Shown in pieces: positions 1-10,094 of a DNA stretch of 64,000 nucleotides. The stretch comes from Candidatus Cloacimonadales bacterium (GTDB lineage: Bacteria; Cloacimonadota; Cloacimonadia; Cloacimonadales; JAIOQZ01). The notes beneath the pieces were generated by a model. It made no database searches. It was not told the origin of the DNA and saw nothing but the letters and a program-made list of their open reading frames with translations. A program made the translations under genes and the position numbers. Position 1 is the first letter of the stretch, and every line of letters begins with the position of its first letter. Where the stretch lies: the NCBI GenBank assembly GCA_963674825.1, contig OY771587.1, forward strand, positions 1,536,001 to 1,600,000, read 5' to 3'.

Positions 1-1431
1 CGAATTTTGATAATCCTTATTTCTCAGGCAGGTTGCAAAACGGGACAGCTCACTGGCGTATTTCATGATGTTTTTCAAATCATCGGAAATTGAGGTGCTG
101 TCATTCTCAAACACATTTATTCCATTACAATAGGTTATGAGGTTCAGGAAATCACTCGAAAGATCGAATGTCAGTTCGCAGATTCGATCGAGACCAGCTT
201 TGCCTGATTTGATTTCTGCATTGATTTTTTGGGTGGTTTCCGCCACCTGTGTCATCAGATGATAGAGCTTGAGAAGACTATCTGGAGCAAAGAATTTTTC
301 CGTATTGATTAACGCCTCTATGTCAGTCATCTCGGCGTATTTCAACACAACCAGAGATAGCGCATCACATCGATTCTCGGTGGGTATCGATTCGATATCG
401 ACTTCGTACAGATATGAAAGCATGCATAGCCATTGCTTTAACGCCTGGTCATTGATGTTGGTACTCCTCCCGAGGATCGCCGAACTGATAGATTTACCTT
501 CGAGATAGTCTCCCAGAATACCCATCAACTGCATTATATCTCGAACCTTTTCCGCATTAGATGATTCTGTTTTCGAAACGAGATATTCCGTCAGCATCAT
601 TTCAAGAAATTGCCTGATATCACTCCTCATGAACTCGCTCATCATTTTTGTGTCAGGAAGCTCCCTCAGTGTTCCCGATTCACCACGCTCAAGGCTCTTC
701 AGATAATTGCCGGTAGCTTTGAAATTACCCTTTAAGACATTAGCGCCCTTGATATCTTTGTCGTATATTCTGCTGAAGAAGCTTATCATGATGGTTTTTT
801 GAGCACGATCCATCATGAAATCTGCCGTCCCTTCGATGATGATCTCTTCCCAATCCTGAGAGTCACTAACAATCACGGCTTCATCGATGGATTCTTCGTT
901 CAGATCAGGCTCTGCAAGGCATATGGAACACGGTACATGAGATAGCTCTATATCGTTCCTCTTGAGTACTTCCTTGATCTCATCCCTTTTCAGGGTCTTT
1001 CTGATAGCTCTTTCCACTTTGTCTGTTTTTTCATTTCTCACAGTCTCGTAGATTGAATCCAGGCTCGCCGATGCCTGTCGGGCAGCAATGACATCCAGAC
1101 GATTCTCGATTCTCTTCCGAAAGGAATCCAGACTCTCAGCGCAGAATACAGCTTTGCACCCATTCCCGCTATATAGTGCTTCGATCTTATCAAGAGTCCA
1201 AAGCACTTCGGTCAAATCTTCCGCCCGTAGCAAAACAGAAACCCGCAGCGAATCGTAATAGTTAAGTAATTCCAATAAGTCCAATCGAGCACTTTCGGGC
1301 GATATTGATCCTCTTATTGACAGCGCTTCCTTCCTGATATCTTCGATTGGTTTTGCGAAAAGTGGAGTGCTCAATAGCGACATCAACAAAAGCAGAAAAA
1401 TGAAACAAATTCGGAAATATCCTGTACGCAT
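1..1431 (-). CDS. Secreted, mostly alpha-helical hypothetical protein (3' end runs off the window)
   Basis: Not in the ORF track. Read manually: GGAGG then ATG at 1431, MRTGYFRICFIFLLLLMSLLSTPLFA-KPIEDIRKEAL...; signal-peptide-like N-terminus; the frame appears to stay open to base 1. Confidence 0.75.
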   Translation of the reverse strand, partial: MRTGYFRICFIFLLLLMSLLSTPLFAKPIEDIRKEALSIRGSISPESARLDLLELLNYYDSLRVSVLLRAEDLTEVLWTLDKIEALYSGNGCKAVFCAESLDSFRKRIENRLDVIAARQASASLDSIYETVRNEKTDKVERAIRKTLKRDEIKEVLKRNDIELSHVPCSICLAEPDLNEESIDEAVIVSDSQDWEEIIIEGTADFMMDRAQKTIMISFFSRIYDKDIKGANVLKGNFKATGNYLKSLERGESGTLRELPDTKMMSEFMRSDIRQFLEMMLTEYLVSKTESSNAEKVRDIMQLMGILGDYLEGKSISSAILGRSTNINDQALKQWLCMLSYLYEVDIESIPTENRCDALSLVVLKYAEMTDIEALINTEKFFAPDSLLKLYHLMTQVAETTQKINAEIKSGKAGLDRICELTFDLSSDFLNLITYCNGINVFENDSTSISDDLKNIMKYASELSRFATCLRNKDYQNS

Positions 1432-1647
1432 GGGATCCTCCCAAAACTTAAAAAGTGTTGATTAGTCATGAAAAGTTGGTGCTGACATTTCACTATTCAA
1501 GGACGTTTTTCACAAAATGCCATAAGCAGCTATAGAATTGACACCCGAACATCTCAGGTCAAGAAATTTTACTAAAATTATTCACATTAATGTATTTGCT
1601 TTAATGAGGTTATTTTTTAGCGTATTTTAAGCATGCTAATCATGTGG

Positions 1648-2991
1648 TCAGTTTATCTTTTTTATTACACCGTACGCATTCTGCTCCATTTTCAGGAATT
1701 CTCTCAGCATGTCCTGCTGCTGGACGCGGCTTTCTTCGGACCAGCTTTCGAACAAATTCTCGTTGACCGGATTCGGGACTTCTTGAAGCATCATGTGCAG
1801 TAGAGATGCTTCTGCAGTGTAGATATCGGCCAATGTATAGATGTCGTCATTCGGTTTGCCGAATCGCTCAATATTATCCCTGAGATAGTTGGCAGTAACA
1901 CCGCGCGCTTCTTTCAAGCTCTGGGTAATCCACCAGTTTGCCAGCATAATCTCGCTTCCGTCCTCTTCGCTCATGTTTTCGAAGAAGTTGGGATTTGTGA
2001 GGGCAGAAATCCAGTACTCAACCGCCTTAAGACCATTGAAATAGTGCTCATAGCGACTGGTTTCATAGAGCATTTTAGCTAACTTCAGGGATTTTCCGTA
2101 TTCTTTATCAAGGGGTTTTTCTTTATAATCATCGATAACGCAGATGACCCAGGGAAATCTTTCAGCGATGTCATACCCCTTGGTATAATCGTAATAGCAT
2201 CTTGTGAAGAGCTCCTGGCCGTCCTTCTGATAACCCGTTATAAGCCCCCATTCAGCATTATTGATCAGGTCAATAGCGATCACAGGATAACCACGATCAA
2301 TGCTATTCTTGATTAGTTTCAACATCGCATTCTGGCTCCGAAAAGAAGTCTCGTATTCCTTCAGTTCATTCGTATCCATATTCGCCTGAATGCCTTCTTT
2401 CCAGTAGAAGCTCACCTTGTACCCTAAAATATCAAGGATCCTGGCTCCACTGTTAAATCCGGTGGTTGCATCTGGTGATGATGGACACCATTGATCGAAG
2501 AAGTGAAGACGGAAACCGTATCCCGAGAGACCTACGATGTCCTCGTATGATATACCCCGTCCGAATCGTTCATCCAACCTGTAAACAGCCCCCAGAAACG
2601 AGTTTTCCATGCCAGATTCCCAGCGAAGCGGTCCAATTTTCTGGATCACTACGGCATCATCGTCAATGGAATGTTCCGGATCCCATTCGGCCAAATATGC
2701 TCCAAGCCTTCCCCTGGGTATTGTTATCTTGATATGACCTTCTCCGCGAACCAGCAGCATCTCCACAGTTTCGGCGGTAATCGCATCCTTTGCCGAATTG
2801 AGCATCCTAATGGATTCCACTGGCTCCTTGTTATAAGCCACGATATAATCGCCAATTTGCGCACCGGCTTTTTCGAGCGGAGAATCCTTCGCAAATTTTA
2901 TGACTTCCAGGCCCTTGCCATCTTTTCGTGCGTTCTGGCAAGCCATCAGAAATGCGATCAGGCCTATAACGAAGAATATCATATACTTCAT
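1648..2991 (-). CDS. Lipoprotein with N-terminal PDZ domain and BtrH/C39-like C-terminal domain
   Basis: Lipobox FLMAC; PDZ-like SPLEKAGAQIGDYIVAYN; downstream GLSGYGFRLHF..CPSSPD, IDRGYPVI and WGLITGY motifs. Confidence 0.6.
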   Translation of the reverse strand: MKYMIFFVIGLIAFLMACQNARKDGKGLEVIKFAKDSPLEKAGAQIGDYIVAYNKEPVESIRMLNSAKDAITAETVEMLLVRGEGHIKITIPRGRLGAYLAEWDPEHSIDDDAVVIQKIGPLRWESGMENSFLGAVYRLDERFGRGISYEDIVGLSGYGFRLHFFDQWCPSSPDATTGFNSGARILDILGYKVSFYWKEGIQANMDTNELKEYETSFRSQNAMLKLIKNSIDRGYPVIAIDLINNAEWGLITGYQKDGQELFTRCYYDYTKGYDIAERFPWVICVIDDYKEKPLDKEYGKSLKLAKMLYETSRYEHYFNGLKAVEYWISALTNPNFFENMSEEDGSEIMLANWWITQSLKEARGVTANYLRDNIERFGKPNDDIYTLADIYTAEASLLHMMLQEVPNPVNENLFESWSEESRVQQQDMLREFLKMEQNAYGVIKKIN

Positions 2992-3084
2992 AATTCCTCA
3001 CAAACATATAAGGATAATCTTGAGCGATACAAGCAAACCCAGATTACTGAATAATATTCAAGATGGCAAGTTATTTAGTCGTGA

Positions 3085-4014
3085 TCAAATAGCAGAAGAA
3101 GTTTTTTTCTGGCGAATGCCGTTGTGCACTACAAATGAGATCGCACCGAGTATTACATCGACGATGAAATACATTACACGGTGAAGCGTCACACTTAGAA
3201 TAGCGGCTTCGGTAGGAAGAATAGCGGTAAGTCCAAGCACGATCACGCCCTCTCTTACACCAATACCTGCGGGTGCGATGGGCACACAGAAGCCAATCGC
3301 ATAGGCCAGTGCATAGAGTCCCGTAATGTACACGATTTGAGTAGCGTGGAGCGTTTCAGGGAAATAGGTGGATGTCAGCGTAACATAGCTAAGGCCGATG
3401 AAAGTCCAGATGAAAAATGAAATAAGCGCGATGACGATCGAACGGTACCATGTGAGTTTCGGAAAAGATGCGATCGCGAAGCCCCTCTTACGCCATATAA
3501 AAAAGGCTGTTCCAGCAACAACAACTCCCATAAATGCAAAAATAATCAATGCCGTGTGATATCTACCGAAAATTGCGAGTAGTGAAGATGTTCGCACACA
3601 CAGAATCACCGAGATACCGTAGACAAATGCGCTTCCCACAATGAGTGCAAATTCGTAGATCATACTATTACGCATGGTGGTACCGTCTATACCGACATTA
3701 CGGAGCAGCCCGACCCGACCGACAAACATGAAGATCGTTCCCGGTATATATTTTCCAAGCTGAGACATGTTGTAGATATTGATACACTCAGCTGGGTGTA
3801 GCTTTTTCCCGGTTAGTCGAATCGACTGGTACATGTTGGACGCGAGAAAGAATTTCCCAACGATCAGTAGCAGAAAACAGAAGATCAGGACGCGAAGCTT
3901 GATCTCCATAAGCGCAGCACCAATCTGTTCCCTATGCAGGATCGAGTATCGAACGATAAAGATCAGAACCAGCAGCATGAATGCGATATTAAGGATGTGT
4001 CGCAGCTTCTTCAT
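3085..4014 (-). CDS. Lysylphosphatidylglycerol-synthase-TM (UPF0104) flippase-like membrane protein
   Basis: Multi-TM protein with SQLGKYIPG and PAGIGVRE motifs. Confidence 0.8.
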   Translation of the reverse strand: MKKLRHILNIAFMLLVLIFIVRYSILHREQIGAALMEIKLRVLIFCFLLLIVGKFFLASNMYQSIRLTGKKLHPAECINIYNMSQLGKYIPGTIFMFVGRVGLLRNVGIDGTTMRNSMIYEFALIVGSAFVYGISVILCVRTSSLLAIFGRYHTALIIFAFMGVVVAGTAFFIWRKRGFAIASFPKLTWYRSIVIALISFFIWTFIGLSYVTLTSTYFPETLHATQIVYITGLYALAYAIGFCVPIAPAGIGVREGVIVLGLTAILPTEAAILSVTLHRVMYFIVDVILGAISFVVHNGIRQKKTSSAI

Positions 4015-4021
4015 AGCGTTG

Positions 4022-5131
4022 TCAGAGGACCTCGAGCAATTTGATGATATAGAGATAGAGTTTCATGATCTTACGGGGGACCTTAAGAACGAGATGGGAT
4101 CGTTTACCTTTGCTCCACACCCAATTAAATATGAGGAAAAACGCAAGCAAGTCCTCTATTGGATTCGTTCGAATCCGGACTCGATCATGGATATTCATTC
4201 CGAAATGTTTACCCGCTTTGCTTCGCGAAGTTACGTTGTAGTGCAGCCGGATGGACCTCGACTGAGACTCGAGGATAAACTTGATGTTTTTTTGTTCCAC
4301 GACAAGCTTATTTGCATGACTCATCTTCTCAAGTATACTGGCTGCGATATCGTTTTTCGCGATAATACCGTTGTGCTTATGCTCTTTCGATTTCATTTGC
4401 ATAAGCCAGACATCCCCGATACAGAAATCGGCATCGTACCCGAAGTGGTCGTAACATGAAAGGCATTTCTTTTCAGCGAAAAAAAAGAGGTTATGGTACA
4501 GCGTATAACGTGCAGCCGGCGCTTGGATGATCTGCCCGTTTTCGAATTCGGCTTCGAGCTTGCCTCGCCAGCTTCCTTTGCGGAAAACAAAGCGCTTGAT
4601 CCGAGATCCTCCGGCCTGTTTTTCCAGATTGCGAATCGTCTGTTCGATCAACTCCGGTTCATTGTTATGCCCACAGAAAAGCGCGATGGTACAGACGATT
4701 TTCTGCCGTAATTCGTCGTCATTTTCCACCTGTTGCTTCAAAAACGTAAGCTGGCATGGCAGCCCAACAACAGCTACTCTCCCAGCAAAACCTCTGATCA
4801 TCGGCACAGCAACTCTGAAGAAGTCACTTTTCTGGTATTTACTGCCTTGAGCCAGAATGATTTCTTCCCTTGTCTTAGCGATATAATGCGAAACAGTGAG
4901 CCTTCCGTCATTGATTGCTGTAGTACAGACCAACGCGCCGTCGATTGCTCCCGTTTCCAGAAGCCAACCCAGAATAGTGGATGTCACGCCACCGGAAGCG
5001 GCATTGATGCGCATCTCGGGATCTTTTGAATAGGCGATACATGCGGATGAAAAAGGCCCAATGTAACGGTCGATTTTATCTTGAGGCCAAGATTTACTCA
5101 ATATCCGGTCAATCAGCTCGTATTTATTCAC
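4022..5131 (-). CDS. F420 hydrogenase/dehydrogenase beta-subunit (FrhB)-like Fe-S flavoprotein
   Basis: ASGGVTS, AQGSKY, VGLPCQ, LFCGH and CLSCYD motifs; GTG start at 5131 after GAGGTG. Confidence 0.8.
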   Translation of the reverse strand: MNKYELIDRILSKSWPQDKIDRYIGPFSSACIAYSKDPEMRINAASGGVTSTILGWLLETGAIDGALVCTTAINDGRLTVSHYIAKTREEIILAQGSKYQKSDFFRVAVPMIRGFAGRVAVVGLPCQLTFLKQQVENDDELRQKIVCTIALFCGHNNEPELIEQTIRNLEKQAGGSRIKRFVFRKGSWRGKLEAEFENGQIIQAPAARYTLYHNLFFFAEKKCLSCYDHFGYDADFCIGDVWLMQMKSKEHKHNGIIAKNDIAASILEKMSHANKLVVEQKNIKFILESQSRSIRLHYNVTSRSKAGKHFGMNIHDRVRIRTNPIEDLLAFFLIFNWVWSKGKRSHLVLKVPRKIMKLYLYIIKLLEVL

Positions 5132-5149
5132 AGCACACCTCAAGATTGC

Positions 5150-6094
5150 CTATTCGGCTCTACGGTTCATTTCCCGCATCATCTCGAGCATTTTTTCCAT
5201 CAGCTTGCGGTTAGTACTGATCATATCAGCGATAACGCCGATTAAAAAGGTAAAAATTCCCAACGTTATCAATATGGACGACACAATTAATGACTGCACA
5301 CGCCCCGAGGTTCCTGTAGAATAATAGAGATAAACAAAACGAATAATACCCAGGGTACCAAGCGAAAGCATAATTGCTGCAAGGATTGAGTAGATCCGCA
5401 TGGCATAATAGTATGAGTAGCTGCGCACCATGGTCACCATTTGATTTGTGATGAAATGCGGTATGCTGCGCATCAGGCGTGATTTGCGTGTATCCTCATT
5501 CAGATGAATAGGCATTGAGACAATTCTAAGGCGTTCGTATCCGAGCTGGATCAGATTTTCAGTTGTATAGGAGTAATTCGAAAGCGTATTGATTCGTCTG
5601 GCTGCGGAAGCTGAATAGGCTCGAAAACCGCAGACGGCATCGTTTACTGTTGTTCCAGCCATCGCGTTAACGGTCCAGGTGCCGATACGTTGGAGCTTCC
5701 GCTTGACCCAAGAATAGCGCTTGACCTTGTCAGTCTCGCGATCACCAATAACGACATCAGCTGTGTGCTCGACGATAGGTTTGACCAGATTCGGGATAAG
5801 ATTACCAGGAAAAGCGTTATCTCCATCGGTATTGACAATGATGTCAGCACCTTCTTCCAAGCACCTTTTCAGTCCAGCAGAAAATGCCGCCGAGAGCCCA
5901 CGATTCCCAGCAAACGAAACGATATGGTGAATCCCCAACTCCTTCGCAACTTCAACAGTTCGATCCGTGCTTCCGTCGTTGATAATCAGGTATTCGATTG
6001 TATCTATGCCCGGGATTTCATGCGGCAGGTCGGCGTAGGTCAAGGGAAGTGTCTTTTCTTCGTTATAGCAGGGAATTTGTATGATTAACTTCAT
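5150..6094 (-). CDS. Family 2 glycosyltransferase (polyprenyl-phosphate sugar transferase-like) with two C-terminal TM helices
   Basis: IPCYNEE, DGSTD, TDGD (DxD) and CGFRAY motifs. Confidence 0.9.
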   Translation of the reverse strand: MKLIIQIPCYNEEKTLPLTYADLPHEIPGIDTIEYLIINDGSTDRTVEVAKELGIHHIVSFAGNRGLSAAFSAGLKRCLEEGADIIVNTDGDNAFPGNLIPNLVKPIVEHTADVVIGDRETDKVKRYSWVKRKLQRIGTWTVNAMAGTTVNDAVCGFRAYSASAARRINTLSNYSYTTENLIQLGYERLRIVSMPIHLNEDTRKSRLMRSIPHFITNQMVTMVRSYSYYYAMRIYSILAAIMLSLGTLGIIRFVYLYYSTGTSGRVQSLIVSSILITLGIFTFLIGVIADMISTNRKLMEKMLEMMREMNRRAE

Positions 6095-6389
6095 CGAGTA
6101 GACTCCATGGAGAATTTCAACTGGTAATTACAGGAACCAGAACAACTCCCGTGCAACGGGTATAATTTATCGGGCTTTTCATCATAATTTCCGGTAACTG
6201 CTTTGATTATGTTTTCAATCGATGCTGGCAATGTCATTTACTATGATGAGCCAACACTTCTCTAATATGTGACCACATAGGCGACCTAGTACAGCATGTC
6301 AAGGAAATAATGGCTTCGACAAGGCTGCGGCTGCCCAGCTCGATTACCGTGACGCAAAGCACATTTTAGTATTCGCTTTCGATAAAATC

Positions 6390-6418
6390 TTGACAGAAAA
6401 GGAATAAGATAATAAATA
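6390..6418 (+). promoter_or_regulatory. Putative sigma70 promoter for the 6524 cluster
   Basis: TTGACA at 6390-6395, 17-nt spacer, AT-rich TAAATA. Confidence 0.4.
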
Positions 6419-6523
6419 TAGGCAAATGATTAACTGGACGAAATCCTGTTAATTGTCCACAGGCAAGTAGATTGCCGTATATCATTATATAACATGACCA
6501 ATGATTGAATCAGCGGGGATATT

Positions 6524-8128
6524 ATGAAACGAATCAGCGTGCTTTTTCTTTTGATGACCCTATCACTTTGCTTCGCAGCGCAACCCGTTCTCGAGACCAT
6601 CTATTTCGGTGACTACGGCGAGATTTGCCGGGTGGTTCTCCAGTTTGACCAGAAGCCAGATTTTCGCATCGAACGAGACAACGCAGGGAAATTTGTTCGA
6701 GTCGGCCTGAACGGAGTACTGGCAGGCAGTGAAGTTCAAATGTCGCAAGACACCCCCGACAGCCGTGTTCTCGATCGCATAGAAGTGGTAGCAGGAGCTA
6801 ATGGACTGACCGTCACTATCCGTACCGATGGTTACGCACTTGCCAAAGAATCGTTGCTCCCTGGAAATCCGTACAAGATCGTGCTGGACATATATAACGT
6901 TAAGGTGCCATCCGCAATTCATGAACGGCTCAGTTTCGCCCGGTTTTACTACAAGACCGGCTTCCACAAACAAGCGATCGAGCAATACGAGATCATCGCT
7001 AAAGATGCACCAACTATGACCGGCATCCACTACTACTGGGGTATGATCCTGAAATCGCGCAAGAACACCAAAGGTGCACTCCAGCACTTCAACATGGTGA
7101 AAGACACTGCCTCCGAGTATGCTATGGCACAGGATGAGATCAAGAAGGTGGGCGGTAAAAACACTCCTAAACCTGAACCAAAAGCCACGGAAGAGAAGCC
7201 AAAAACAACCGCTGCAAAACCCGTCGCCGAACCTCCGCTTCCCGTCATGAACGACAACATCGATTCCCTCCTGGTGCAAGCCGCACATAAATCAGTAAAA
7301 GATCCCGACCGGCTGATGCTCGCCGGGATGGCCTATAAATTCGTCGCGGAAAACGTCACTAAAAGCCAGGACGACTACAAGACCGCGATCTCCCTGTTGA
7401 TGCACATCCCCGCAAAATCGGACTATAGCTTCGAGAAATACAAAGCCCTCGCAGAGCTCTACGCAGCAATCGGCGATGCCGAAAACGCAAAGCTTTTCGC
7501 TGGCCTGGCTACCGATACAGGTACACCAGTCGCAGCAAGTTCATCCGGTGGTTTCCTGCAAATCGAGCTCAAACTCTGGATCGCGCTGCTACTGATGCTT
7601 CTCTTCGGCATTATCGTATTCTTCCTTCTTATGATCTACTACCGCAACAAAACTTCTTCGGACGTATTCACCAACGAAGATTTCACTTACCACGAAGACC
7701 TGATAAAGAACGAGATTGAAGACGATAACGCCTCAGAAAATGAAAAAGAAAGCGACCTTGAGGACGAACCGTTTCCTGAAGTTTCGGAATCCGTAATGGA
7801 GCAGGTTCGGGAACCTGAAGATGAGCCCGAAGAACGAGAAAACGAAGCAAAGCTCTATTTCGGTGACGACGAACCAGCTTCACCCAAAGATGTTTTCATG
7901 GAAGAGACCGAGTTAACACAGGAAGAGGAACAAGAATTAATGGAAGACGAAGCTCCCGAAGAGGAAATCGATGGCCTTGACGGATCCGAACCTCGTATCG
8001 GCGATCAGGAATACATTCAGAAAATGATTCTCAAGCTTTCGCAAAATGGGTGGGATACGGAAGCGATCGCCAAGGAGCTGAAAATCTCGGTTCGCGAAGT
8101 GGAATTCGTCTTGAAAACAAACGAGTAG
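6524..8128 (+). CDS. Envelope-spanning protein: signal peptide, AMIN-like domain, TPRs, TM helix, acidic linker, C-terminal DUF6115-like HTH
   Basis: RVVLQFDQKPDF and PGNPYKIVLDI (AMIN-like); TPR-like YYWGMIL; TM LWIALLLMLLFGIIVFFLLMIYY; D/E-rich tract; terminal GWDTEAIAKELKISVREVEFVLK. Confidence 0.7.
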   Translation: MKRISVLFLLMTLSLCFAAQPVLETIYFGDYGEICRVVLQFDQKPDFRIERDNAGKFVRVGLNGVLAGSEVQMSQDTPDSRVLDRIEVVAGANGLTVTIRTDGYALAKESLLPGNPYKIVLDIYNVKVPSAIHERLSFARFYYKTGFHKQAIEQYEIIAKDAPTMTGIHYYWGMILKSRKNTKGALQHFNMVKDTASEYAMAQDEIKKVGGKNTPKPEPKATEEKPKTTAAKPVAEPPLPVMNDNIDSLLVQAAHKSVKDPDRLMLAGMAYKFVAENVTKSQDDYKTAISLLMHIPAKSDYSFEKYKALAELYAAIGDAENAKLFAGLATDTGTPVAASSSGGFLQIELKLWIALLLMLLFGIIVFFLLMIYYRNKTSSDVFTNEDFTYHEDLIKNEIEDDNASENEKESDLEDEPFPEVSESVMEQVREPEDEPEERENEAKLYFGDDEPASPKDVFMEETELTQEEEQELMEDEAPEEEIDGLDGSEPRIGDQEYIQKMILKLSQNGWDTEAIAKELKISVREVEFVLKTNE

Positions 8129-8137
8129 CATCCCGAC

Positions 8138-9103
8138 ATGATCCGTCGCATCTCCTCAACGCGAGCGACATCGCTGGCCAGTACGAACGTATCGCGACTG
8201 CGCTCCGTTTTACGCGTGGGCGATATCCTGCCGGCAAAGATCATCGACGGACTGGGAGAAGGTCGCTACATCGTCGAGGTTAAGGGACAGCAGGTGCTAG
8301 CCGAATCGCAGCTCAATCTCGACAACAAACGCCACTATATCCAGGTAGAAGCGCTCAAGCCCAAGATCAACCTCCGTCTCGTGTCGCTCAACAGCGGCGA
8401 TACCACGGAGCAGCTTATCGATTCCGCATCCAAATGGGGCATTCCGCTCAATATTTTTAACCAGTATGTGCTCGATCGCCTCTACCGAAGAAACCCAAAA
8501 CGAAGGAAAGATCCCTCCAAACTGCTCTCGTTCCTGCTCGAACTTTCATCCCTGCGCGAGACCGGAGACCTGATCGATTTCGACGACTGGATCGATATTC
8601 TCGACGAAATGGATGAAAGCGATATCCTGCTGCTTCTGGCACATCTACGTGGAGGTATTGAATCAGGAAAAGGAACATCGGATCTCCGTCAGCTCCCAGA
8701 AGAAATAATCTACCTGCTCTATCAGTTATCGGGAAGCGACGACGACAATGTTCTTTCATTCGTGAACCGCTTGCTGGAAAAGAAAAACAAGCGTATCTAC
8801 GGCTGGATGTTCCCTTCCGGACCGGTTACGATCGAAAAAGCGATCAGCAGTGAAAGCGGCTCCATCGTTTATCAGATGAACTACAAATCGAAGATGCTGG
8901 ATCGCATCCGGATTAGGCTGACGTGCCTGGGTCGCGAAAAAGCGTTGACACTCGGTTTCACCAATAGTATTGTATCTGGAGAATTCCAGAAGCGAATCGA
9001 AGCGATCAGACCTCTACTGACGGACATCTCTATGATCCGTACAGAAATCCTGACCGTGCAGATTCCATCCTACCTGATGGATGGAGGGAGTTTCTACCTT
9101 TGA
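8138..9103 (+). CDS. FliK-like (hook-length-control-like) protein
   Basis: N-terminal LRVGDILPAKII...IVEVKGQQVLAES and C-terminal MLDRIRIRLT...LGFTN...IRPLL resemble FliK-family N-terminal and T3S4 domains. Pattern recognition only. Confidence 0.45.
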   Translation: MIRRISSTRATSLASTNVSRLRSVLRVGDILPAKIIDGLGEGRYIVEVKGQQVLAESQLNLDNKRHYIQVEALKPKINLRLVSLNSGDTTEQLIDSASKWGIPLNIFNQYVLDRLYRRNPKRRKDPSKLLSFLLELSSLRETGDLIDFDDWIDILDEMDESDILLLLAHLRGGIESGKGTSDLRQLPEEIIYLLYQLSGSDDDNVLSFVNRLLEKKNKRIYGWMFPSGPVTIEKAISSESGSIVYQMNYKSKMLDRIRIRLTCLGREKALTLGFTNSIVSGEFQKRIEAIRPLLTDISMIRTEILTVQIPSYLMDGGSFYL

Positions 9104-9233
9104 CGCAACAAAATCAGCTTGATATCGAGCTTAAAATACGAGAAAAAGAAGAAGTCGAGAAGTTTCCGCTTGCCGATTTCCAGGTCTTGCTGCGTATGTG
9201 GAACTATATTCGCGATCTGGACGAAGAGATATC

Positions 9234-10094
9234 ATGACAGAGAAAAATCAACAAGAAAACCGGGACATCCTGCTGGACCTCATCGAACTGATTCAGCACT
9301 TTGAATATGAACGTCGTGAAGAAATTTACGAGAAGATATTCGACATGCTGAACCAGCTCATGCCGCATAAATACGCCACCATTTTCCTGCTGGATCCGGA
9401 TGCTAAAAAAATCCAGCTTGTCGCGCAGCGCGGCAAAGCGATCGACTTGATCCGGCTGGTCGAATTCGAATTCGGGCGCGGCTTTTCGGCTTGGATCGCC
9501 AAAGAGCGCAAGACAGTATATCTGAACAATCTCCACAAGGAGAAGCTATACCAGTCGAACACCATGCGGACATTCCTCTCCATGCCGCTGCTGCTTGAAA
9601 ACGATCTGGTGGGTGTCATCAATTTCGGAGCTGACGAGGCTGACGCCTTCGATCAGGGAATATTCCCCCGGCTTAAAATCCTGACATCCCTTCTTGCAGG
9701 GCTGCTTTCTCGCAATCGTCTTATCGACCAACTACGAGCCCAGAATCACAGAATCATGGAGATGAACCGGCAACTCAAGGATACCAGAGAGAAGCTTCTC
9801 GAAGCCGAACGCAAGGCAGCGATTTCCGCTACGGTGGTGAGCCTCAACCACGAAATCAACAATCCGCTCATGATTATCAGCGGAAACCTCGACCTGCTGC
9901 GAAGAGAAGCTTGCGACGCCCGTCAGAAAGCGAAACTCGACATCATCGATAAACAACTCGACCGCATCACATTTTTGATGAAGAAACTTCACAAGATCGA
10001 ACAGCCCCTGCTGGTGGATTACCTTGAAGGGGAGTCGGACAAGATGATAACCTTTGATCACGATGTTAGGGAGAACGACCATGAAGATGAATAA
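9234..10094 (+). CDS. GAF domain + coiled coil + HisKA/DHp protein lacking the HATPase domain
   Basis: GAF motifs FGRGFSAWIAK and FLSMPLLLENDLVGVIN; H-box SLNHEINNPL; the protein ends soon after the DHp. Confidence 0.8.
   Translation: MTEKNQQENRDILLDLIELIQHFEYERREEIYEKIFDMLNQLMPHKYATIFLLDPDAKKIQLVAQRGKAIDLIRLVEFEFGRGFSAWIAKERKTVYLNNLHKEKLYQSNTMRTFLSMPLLLENDLVGVINFGADEADAFDQGIFPRLKILTSLLAGLLSRNRLIDQLRAQNHRIMEMNRQLKDTREKLLEAERKAAISATVVSLNHEINNPLMIISGNLDLLRREACDARQKAKLDIIDKQLDRITFLMKKLHKIEQPLLVDYLEGESDKMITFDHDVRENDHEDE

Noticed and set aside
1538..1563. TTGAC-N15-GTCAA inverted repeat as an operator
   Set aside because: A single short instance, explainable as -35-like elements on both strands.
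6340..6365. GACGCAAAGC, a fragment of the c-di-GMP-I riboswitch consensus
   Set aside because: There is no upstream GGCAAA/GAAA-capped P2 stem in register, and it lies before the putative promoter.
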